Positions 58,199 to 64,000 of a stretch of DNA of 64,000 bases are shown piece after piece. The stretch's first letter is position 1. Each line of letters starts with the position of its first letter. The position numbers and the translations under genes were made by a program. The stretch spans positions 707,385-771,384 of the forward strand of contig CAVTHG010000003.1 in assembly GCA_963734375.1 (NCBI GenBank), in the 5' to 3' direction. The notes beneath the pieces were generated by a model. That model saw nothing but the letters and a program-made list of their open reading frames with translations. It made no database searches and was not told the DNA's origin. The stretch is from an uncultured Acidobacteriota bacterium (GTDB taxonomy: Bacteria; Acidobacteriota; Vicinamibacteria; Vicinamibacterales; CAVVIG01).

Positions 58199-59557
58199 TC
58201 AGACCCCCGACAACGTATCGATCGGCAGCCGGCCGGTGCTGCCGCCGACCTTGTCCACCGGGACGTCGAGCTTGTCCATCAACGTCACCAGCAGGTTCGC
58301 CATCGTCGGCTTGTCCGTATAGGTCAGGTGCCGCCCACCCTTGATCCGTCCCGCACCGCCGCCGACCAGCATCAGCGGCAGGTTGTCGCCGGAATGGCGC
58401 GTGCTGTTCGAGATCCCCGACCCGTAGAGGATCGTCATGTGGTCGAGCAGCGAGCCGTCGCCGTCGGGCGTCGCCTTGAGCTTGGTCAGATACTGCGAGA
58501 ACAGCTGCGCGTGATAGCGGTTGATCTTCGACATCCGCTCGATGAGATCGGGATGGTTGTCGTGGTGCGACAGCGGATGGTGCGCCTCGGGCACGCCAAT
58601 CTGCGGATACGGCCGCGCGCTCTGCTCCTTGCTGATCATGAAGGAGATGACCCGCGTCAGATCCGACTGCAGCGCCAGCAGCTGCAGGTCGAGCATCAGC
58701 GCCAGGTGATCCTCGAAGACCGGCGGCACGCCCTGCGGCTGATCCATCTCCGGCAGCTCGGTCTCGTGCTGCTCCTCCGCCTTCTGGATCCGCCGCTCGA
58801 CGTCGCGAACCGCCTCGGCGTACTCGTCCACCTTCACCTGATCGCGCGGGCCAAGCTCCCGCTTCAGATCGGCGAGCTTCTCGCGCACCGAGTCGAGCAT
58901 GCTCTTGTGCTGCCGCAGCCGCGCCTCGCGCGCGCCGCGCTCGGTGCTGCCGCTGTCGCCGAACAGCTTCTCGAACACCGCGCGCGGGTTGTATTCCATC
59001 GGCAGCGGCTGCGTCGCGCTCTTCCACGAGATCGTGTGCGTGTAGGCGCAGCTCAGATTGCCGGTGCACGCGCCGGCGTTGGCCGGGGCGTCGATCGACA
59101 GCTCCAGCGATGCCACCTGCGTGTCCCTGGCGAACCGGCGCGCCAGCAGCTGATCCACCGAGACGTCGGCGATGATCTCGACTTCGTTCCTGCCGCCGCG
59201 GGTCGTCCCGGTGAGAAACGATCCCGACGCGCCGGCGTGGATGTAGTTCCAGTTCGCCTTCAGCCCCGAGAGCACGAGCATCTGATCCCTGAACGGCGCG
59301 AGCGGCTCCATGATCGGCGAGAGCTCGAACGCGCTGCCCTCTCCTTTCGGCGTCCAGAACTCCATCGCCATGCCGTTCGGCACGTAGAAGGTCTGGAAGC
59401 GGTGCACCGGCATCGCCGCGGCCTGGCCGCGCGCGGACGGCACCATCGCCTCGAGGAACGGCAGCGCCAGCGTGGCGCCGACGCCGCGCAGGATGGTGCG
59501 GCGCGCCAGGGGTTTCGCGGTCAGGAAATTCATCGGTTTGCTCTCGTCCATCGACAA
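58199..59557 (-). CDS. DUF1552-family protein with a Tat-type signal, the usual partner of DUF1592 proteins
   Basis: Intact 452-aa ORF with RRTILRGVGATLALPFLEAM, then ..FYVPNG.., ..SLELS.., ..HHPLSHH.. and ..LPLMLVGG... Alternative starts lie at the internal Met codons. Confidence 0.8.
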   Translation of the reverse strand: MSMDESKPMNFLTAKPLARRTILRGVGATLALPFLEAMVPSARGQAAAMPVHRFQTFYVPNGMAMEFWTPKGEGSAFELSPIMEPLAPFRDQMLVLSGLKANWNYIHAGASGSFLTGTTRGGRNEVEIIADVSVDQLLARRFARDTQVASLELSIDAPANAGACTGNLSCAYTHTISWKSATQPLPMEYNPRAVFEKLFGDSGSTERGAREARLRQHKSMLDSVREKLADLKRELGPRDQVKVDEYAEAVRDVERRIQKAEEQHETELPEMDQPQGVPPVFEDHLALMLDLQLLALQSDLTRVISFMISKEQSARPYPQIGVPEAHHPLSHHDNHPDLIERMSKINRYHAQLFSQYLTKLKATPDGDGSLLDHMTILYGSGISNSTRHSGDNLPLMLVGGGAGRIKGGRHLTYTDKPTMANLLVTLMDKLDVPVDKVGGSTGRLPIDTLSGV

Positions 59558-59564
59558 AATACAC

Positions 59565-59631
59565 GGAGGTCAGGACTGCAGGAGATCAGGAGAATTCATT
59601 CTCAAGAGAATCCTCCTGACTCCTGACCTCC
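59565..59631 (-). promoter_or_regulatory. Long imperfect hairpin in the 77-nt spacer between the DUF1592 and DUF1552 genes. One arm is SD-like and the other anti-SD-like.
   Basis: ggaggtcagga (59565-75) pairs with tcctgacctcc (59621-31). tcaggag (59586-92) pairs with ctcctga (59613-19). The apical part is gagaat-tc-attctc-aa-gagaat, which allows two alternative pairings. Confidence 0.6.
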
Positions 59632-59634
59632 TTA

Positions 59635-62154
59635 TCAATGCTCCGTCGGTCGCCGTGGCCCGCCTCGCGTCAGGAACGTCGGGCTGTTGACGATGCCAAG
59701 GATGATCGACGACCAGCGGTAATCGTTGGCCGCCGCGTCGCGGACGATCTTTCGCACCGCCGGCCGATCGTAGTACTCGAGCCGGCGGCCGAGCGCATAC
59801 GCCAGCAGCTTCTCGGTCACGGTGCGCGGAAACTGCTCCGGCTGCTCGAGCAGCGCCGCGCGCAGGCCGGCGAGCCCTTCAACCGTCGCGCCGCTGGCCG
59901 TCGTGCCGGTGGCGTCGACCGCGTGACCGGTCTCGTCCTTCTCTCTCCAGCCGCCGATCGCGTCGAAGTTCTCGAGCGCGAAGCCGAGCGGGTCGATCAC
60001 CGAGTGGCAGCTGGCACATCCCGGATCCGTTCGATGCTGCGCGAGGCGTTCGCGGATCGACTTCGGCGCCGCGCCCGGCTTGTTCTCGGCGAGGTTGGTG
60101 TCGACGCCGGGCGGTGGCGGCGGCACCGGCAAACCGAAGATGTTGTTCAGGAGCCATTTGCCGCGGAGCACCGGCGACGTCCGATCCGGATACGACGTGG
60201 TCGCCAGCAGCGAGCCGTGCGCCAGCAGGCCGCCGCGCTGCGCCGGGTTGGTCAGCTCGACGCGGCGGAACCGGCTGCCGTAGATGCCCGGGATCTTGTA
60301 GTGGCGCGCGAGCCGCTCGTTGACGAACGTGTAGTTCGCGCGCAACAGATCCAGCACGCTGCGGTCTTCGCGCACGGTGCTGCCGACAAACAGCTCCGTC
60401 TCCTGCTTGAAGGCGTCCAGCAGGCTGTCGTCGAAGCTCGGATAGCTGTCGGGGTGCACGACCACTTCGCCGATCCGGCGCAGGTTCAGCCATTGCGCGG
60501 CGAAATCGTCGACGAGCGAAGAGGGCGCACGCGGATCGGCCAGCATCCGCTTCACTTCCTGCTCGAGCACGGCCGGCGTCGTCAACTGCCTGCGCTCGGC
60601 GAGGTCGAGCAGGCGTTCGTCGGGGATGCTGCTCCAGAGGAAGAACGAGAGCTGCGACGCGACGTCGAGATCGCTCAAGCGATACGCGGATGCCGACGCC
60701 GTGCGGCCGGACGGATCGCGGTGAACGCGCAGCAGGAAATCGGGATCGACAAGGACGCGCTCGAGCGCGAACTGGATACCGGCGTCGAAATTCCCCCCGT
60801 CACGCCGGCCATCGTCGAAGAACGCGAGCAGCGTGCGCACGTCAGCGGGTGTGACCGGACGGCGGTACGCGAGACGCGCGATCCGCGACAGGATTTTGGT
60901 GGCGCAGGCGTGTTCGTCGGCGGCCGCGGCCGGCTTGCAGACGAAGATGGCGCGGCGGCTCGGCGTGTCGACTGCCGGCCGATCGATCCGGTACGGCCCG
61001 CCGATCTGAACCGAGCCGACGGCCGCGTAGTCCATGTAGATCTGATCGTTGGTCAGCACGCGGCCGCGCTGCAGCGGCTGCGGCAGCCCTTCCGGCTCCC
61101 ACAGCTCGCGCACGAACGCGACGCCGACGGTGCGCGGGCCAGCCTGGATCGGCAGGCGGATCTCGAGGCCGGCGTCGCCGCCGGTCTGCATGTAGGTTTC
61201 CCATTCGGGATCGCCGGCAAAGCCCGGCTCGCCGTCGCCGGCGTAGCTCGCCGCCGCCGGGCGCCCTTTCGCGCCGCCGCCGACGGTGAAGCGCTTCAGC
61301 AGCTTGCCGTCGAGCCGCACGTCGAGCGTCTGCGGCCAGCCCATTCCCATCAGGTAATCCTGATACTGGCGGCGCAGCCGGACCGTGATCGCGTACTCGC
61401 CGTCGACCGGGAACTGGTAGCGGACGGCGATGCCGCCGCGCGAGCCGAACGGCAGATCGTCGCTCTGCCGATCGTCCTGCAGGACGTGCAGCGGAATCGC
61501 GAACGTCTGCAGGCTTGGCGCCGAAGGCGGAAGGCCGATCGCGAGCCGCGTCACCTGGCGCGCGACCGAGAGATAGCGTTCGAGGTGCGCGGTCGAGATG
61601 CTCAACACCTCGGCGACGTTGTCGAAGCTGCCGTCGGCGGTGTCGTCGCCAGGCAGGAGCGTCTTCACGTCGAGGTCGAGCGCAAACAGATCGCGCACGG
61701 CGTTGTTGTATTCCGTGCGATTGAGGCGGTGGACCGCGTACGTCCGCCCCGGGTTCGGCGCCGTCAGCCACGCGCGATCGAGCTCGCCTTCGAGGAAGCC
61801 CGCAACCGCGCGATAGGTCGCCGCGTCGGGGCGCGGCCGGCCGGGCGGCGGCATCGAGCCGGCGCGCAGCTTGCCGACGACGCGCTCCCAGGCGTCGGGG
61901 TTGGAGCCGGGATGGGCGGCGTCGAGGGTGGCGAGCGAAAAGCCGGCGGTGCGGACGCGCTCGTTGTGGCAGCTGACGCAGTACTTATCCAGCACCGCGC
62001 GCGACGCGTCGGCTTGCGCCGCCGGCGGAGCGCTCTGACCCGGCCCGGCCAGGGGACGAGCCACGAGTTGTGAGGCGATCGCGGCGCCCATCGCCAGCGC
62101 AGCGATCGAGACAAACCCCGCCCCACGGCGCCGAGGAGCGGCCTGGCGTCCCAT
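59635..62154 (-). CDS. DUF1592/DUF1595/DUF1588/DUF1587/DUF1585-family protein with cytochrome-c-type CxxCH motifs
   Basis: Intact ORF 59635..62190. The likely start is ATG 62152-62154 (MGRQAAPRRRGAGFVSIAALAMGAAIA). Heme motifs are CVSCHN and CASCHS, with ..LRAGSMPP.., ..DPLGFALENFDAIGGWR... Confidence 0.85.
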   Translation of the reverse strand: MGRQAAPRRRGAGFVSIAALAMGAAIASQLVARPLAGPGQSAPPAAQADASRAVLDKYCVSCHNERVRTAGFSLATLDAAHPGSNPDAWERVVGKLRAGSMPPPGRPRPDAATYRAVAGFLEGELDRAWLTAPNPGRTYAVHRLNRTEYNNAVRDLFALDLDVKTLLPGDDTADGSFDNVAEVLSISTAHLERYLSVARQVTRLAIGLPPSAPSLQTFAIPLHVLQDDRQSDDLPFGSRGGIAVRYQFPVDGEYAITVRLRRQYQDYLMGMGWPQTLDVRLDGKLLKRFTVGGGAKGRPAAASYAGDGEPGFAGDPEWETYMQTGGDAGLEIRLPIQAGPRTVGVAFVRELWEPEGLPQPLQRGRVLTNDQIYMDYAAVGSVQIGGPYRIDRPAVDTPSRRAIFVCKPAAAADEHACATKILSRIARLAYRRPVTPADVRTLLAFFDDGRRDGGNFDAGIQFALERVLVDPDFLLRVHRDPSGRTASASAYRLSDLDVASQLSFFLWSSIPDERLLDLAERRQLTTPAVLEQEVKRMLADPRAPSSLVDDFAAQWLNLRRIGEVVVHPDSYPSFDDSLLDAFKQETELFVGSTVREDRSVLDLLRANYTFVNERLARHYKIPGIYGSRFRRVELTNPAQRGGLLAHGSLLATTSYPDRTSPVLRGKWLLNNIFGLPVPPPPPGVDTNLAENKPGAAPKSIRERLAQHRTDPGCASCHSVIDPLGFALENFDAIGGWREKDETGHAVDATGTTASGATVEGLAGLRAALLEQPEQFPRTVTEKLLAYALGRRLEYYDRPAVRKIVRDAAANDYRWSSIILGIVNSPTFLTRGGPRRPTEH

Positions 62155-62161
62155 GAAGAGG

Positions 62162-62190
62162 ACGCTACGCGCCTGCGCGGACACTGTCAA
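62162..62190 (-). promoter_or_regulatory. Candidate sigma-70 promoter giving an almost leaderless transcript for the DUF1592 gene
   Basis: The minus strand reads TTGACA (62190-62185), a 17-nt spacer, TAGCGT (62167-62162), 7 nt, then ATG (62154). Confidence 0.35.
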
Positions 62191-62267
62191 GACCGAACAC
62201 GGACCACGATCAACGCAGAACTCGCGGAGAACGCAGCAAGCTGTCTCAACCTGACGCGCGGCCTCCC

Positions 62268-62332
62268 GTAGCGCAGGCCTTTAAGCCTGCCAACCGCCGC
62301 GCGGCCACCCCTGAAGGGCCCGCCTGCCCTAC
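62268..62332. repeat. REP family A cluster, both orientations
   Basis: gtagcgcaggcctttaagcctgcc and ggccacccctgaagggcccgcctgccctac. Confidence 0.8.
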
Positions 62333-62405
62333 CCGCCTTCGCTCGCCCTGAGCAGTACGCGAGCTTCGGCGCGGCAAGCCCGCAAACCACACCTGCCCCG
62401 CCTGT

Positions 62406-62446
62406 CCTACGCCCTACCCGCCCTACCCGGCCTACCCGGCCTACCC
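62406..62446. repeat. 9-bp tandem repeat (CCTACCCGS), about 4 units
   Basis: cctacgc cctacccgc cctacccgg cctacccgg cctaccc. The unit shares the CCCTAC tail of REP family A. Confidence 0.8.
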
Positions 62447-62482
62447 ACCTCGCGGTAGTATTGCCGCCGAGGAGAACGCGAC

Positions 62483-64000
62483 ATGAGCATCCGTTCCGCG
62501 CTCGTTTCGATCGGCGTGGCTGGCGTCCTGACGGTGACTGCGGTTGGCCAGGAGGGAGCGCCCCGCCGCGGCCCTGCTCCGCTCGTCACGGTCGGCCGTT
62601 CCAAGATCGCGACGACCTACGGCATCGTCGCGGCGAGCCAGCCGCTGGCGGCGCGCGCGGGCGTGCAGGTGCTCGAACGCGGCGGCAACGCCGTGGATGC
62701 GGCGATCGCGGCCAATGCGGTCGAGGCGCTGGTCGAGCCGTATTACAACGGCATCGGCGGCGACCTCTTCGTCATCTACTACGAGGCGAAGACCGGCAAG
62801 CTGCACGGGCTGAATGCGGGCGGCTGGGCGCCGACCGGCCTGAGCGCGGCACTCCTGAAATCGAAAGGCATGGACAAGATGCCGGGCAAAGGCATCTACA
62901 CCGTGACCGTGCCGGGTGCGGTCGCGGGCTGGGACATGCTGCGCGCGAAGTTCGGCAAGCTGCCGATGTCGGATCTGATGGCGCCGGCAATTTTCTACGC
63001 CGACAACGGCTTCCCGGTGTCGGAAATCATCGCCGACGCGTGGGCGCGCGGGCGTGATTTCCTCGCCGAGGAGAAATACACGGCCGACACGTTCCTGCCG
63101 AACGGCCGCGCGCCGAAGGCCGGCGAGGTGTTCAAGAACCCCGATCTCGCCGGCTCGTTCAAGTTGATCGCACAGCACGGACGCGCCGGCTTCTACGAGG
63201 GGAAGACGGCTGAGGCGATCCTCCGAGTGTCGCGCGAGAAGGGCGGCACGATGACCGCCGCCGATCTGAAGGAATACCAGCCCGAGTGGGTCGAGCCGAT
63301 CTCGACGACCTATCGCGGCTGGACGGTCTCCGAGCTGCCGCCGAACACGCAGGGCATCGCCGCGCTGATGATGCTGAACCTGATGGAATCGTTCCCGATG
63401 GGCGAGTACGGGTTCCACAGCACGAAGTCGATGCACACGATGATCGAGGCAAAGAAGCTCGCCTACGCCGACATGCTGCGCTATGTCGCCGATCCGAAGT
63501 TCTCGAAGGCGCCGGTCGCCGCGATGCTGAGCAAGGATCACGCGAAAGCGCGGGCGAAGTTGATCGATCCGGCGAAGGCCGCGTGCAGCGTCGAGCCGTC
63601 GGTGTTCGACGGGCTGACCAACTCGCCGGGCGGCGACACGATCTATCTCTCCGCGATCGACAAAGAAGGCAACATCGTCTCGCTGATCCAGAGCCTCTAC
63701 GGCAGCTTCGGCAGCGGCCTGGTCGCGCCGGGCACCGGCATCATGCTGCACAACCGCGGCGGGCTGTTCACCATCGACGAGAGCCACCCGAACGCGCTCG
63801 CGCCGCGCAAGCGGCCGCTGCACACGATCATCCCGGCCTTCATGCAGAAGGGCGACGTGAAGATCGGCTTCGGCATCATGGGCGGCTTCAACCAGGCGCA
63901 GGCGCACGCGCAGTTTGTCGCCGACATCGCCGACTACGGCCTCGACATCCAGCAGGCGCTCGAGGCCGGCCGCTTCACCAAGGGATCGTTCAACGGCTGC
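62483..64000 (+). CDS. ggt: Gamma-glutamyltransferase; the 3' end lies outside the window
   Basis: The ORF track omits this frame because it has no stop inside the window. ATG 62483 has GAGGAG at 62470-62475, and the frame stays open to 64000 (506 codons). It has a signal peptide, ..VAASQPLAARAGVQVLERGGNAVDAAIA.., GGDTIYLSAIDKEGN (Thr nucleophile), GIMLHNRG and PRKRPLHTIIPAF. Confidence 0.9.
   Translation, partial: MSIRSALVSIGVAGVLTVTAVGQEGAPRRGPAPLVTVGRSKIATTYGIVAASQPLAARAGVQVLERGGNAVDAAIAANAVEALVEPYYNGIGGDLFVIYYEAKTGKLHGLNAGGWAPTGLSAALLKSKGMDKMPGKGIYTVTVPGAVAGWDMLRAKFGKLPMSDLMAPAIFYADNGFPVSEIIADAWARGRDFLAEEKYTADTFLPNGRAPKAGEVFKNPDLAGSFKLIAQHGRAGFYEGKTAEAILRVSREKGGTMTAADLKEYQPEWVEPISTTYRGWTVSELPPNTQGIAALMMLNLMESFPMGEYGFHSTKSMHTMIEAKKLAYADMLRYVADPKFSKAPVAAMLSKDHAKARAKLIDPAKAACSVEPSVFDGLTNSPGGDTIYLSAIDKEGNIVSLIQSLYGSFGSGLVAPGTGIMLHNRGGLFTIDESHPNALAPRKRPLHTIIPAFMQKGDVKIGFGIMGGFNQAQAHAQFVADIADYGLDIQQALEAGRFTKGSFNGC

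Noticed and set aside
62441-63907. 488-aa minus-strand ORF at the right end
   Set aside because: It is antisense to an obvious gamma-glutamyltransferase frame. That frame is open from 62483 to the window end and therefore missing from the ORF track. The translation is Arg/Asp/Leu-rich with no recognisable motifs.

Overview
High-GC (roughly 68-70% by eye) bacterial chromosomal window. Gene content looks Acidobacteriota-like: a TonB receptor with a carboxypeptidase-regulatory domain, Ser/Thr-kinase-TPR proteins, a DUF1592/DUF1552 pair and dense REP hairpins. This taxonomic call is inference only. I support about 45 protein-coding loci. I found no rRNA, tRNA or CRISPR, and no transposase, integrase or phage genes. 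In order: asdA-aspT (aspartate decarboxylase and antiporter, badly frame-broken); a DUF1269 protein; a DUF3302-HlyD-OMF export operon; a TonB receptor plus PAS histidine kinase operon. Next comes a signalling island with a PP2C phosphatase, a sensor-less sigma-54 activator read in frame into a FixJ-type regulator, a REC-only protein, a TLC/NTT-like MFS-HEAT protein, two tandem Ser/Thr kinases and a GAF sigma-54 activator. Then an adenylate cyclase translationally coupled to a cNMP-binding MscS channel, and a PPK2 / Omp85-like / exported kinase-like / MscS operon. Then secreted proteins of unknown function with DUF4136 lipoproteins, a second TLC-like transporter with a collapsed PP2C relic, a Gly/Tyr-repeat secreted protein, and MltF-like, PAP2, AraC, MocR, OsmC and methyltransferase genes. 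The window ends with a TIR-TM protein, DinB, nitronate monooxygenase, a DUF1592-DUF1552-ankyrin operon and the 5' part of ggt. Main observations: (1) about 17 genes carry one to many frameshifts while about 28 kb of neighbouring genes are intact, so this is either localised assembly error or gene-specific decay. (2) Several sigma-54-type promoters lie next to two sigma-54 activators. (3) There are two related REP hairpin families, two heptamer microsatellites, a MITE-like element and an SD/anti-SD hairpin inside an operon. (4) Several gene combinations have no described function: TIR-TM-extracytoplasmic domain; PPK2-Omp85-kinase-like-MscS; MFS-HEAT with tandem kinases; cyclase with a cNMP-gated MscS. 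All family names come from reading the translated ORFs for motifs, not from database searches.
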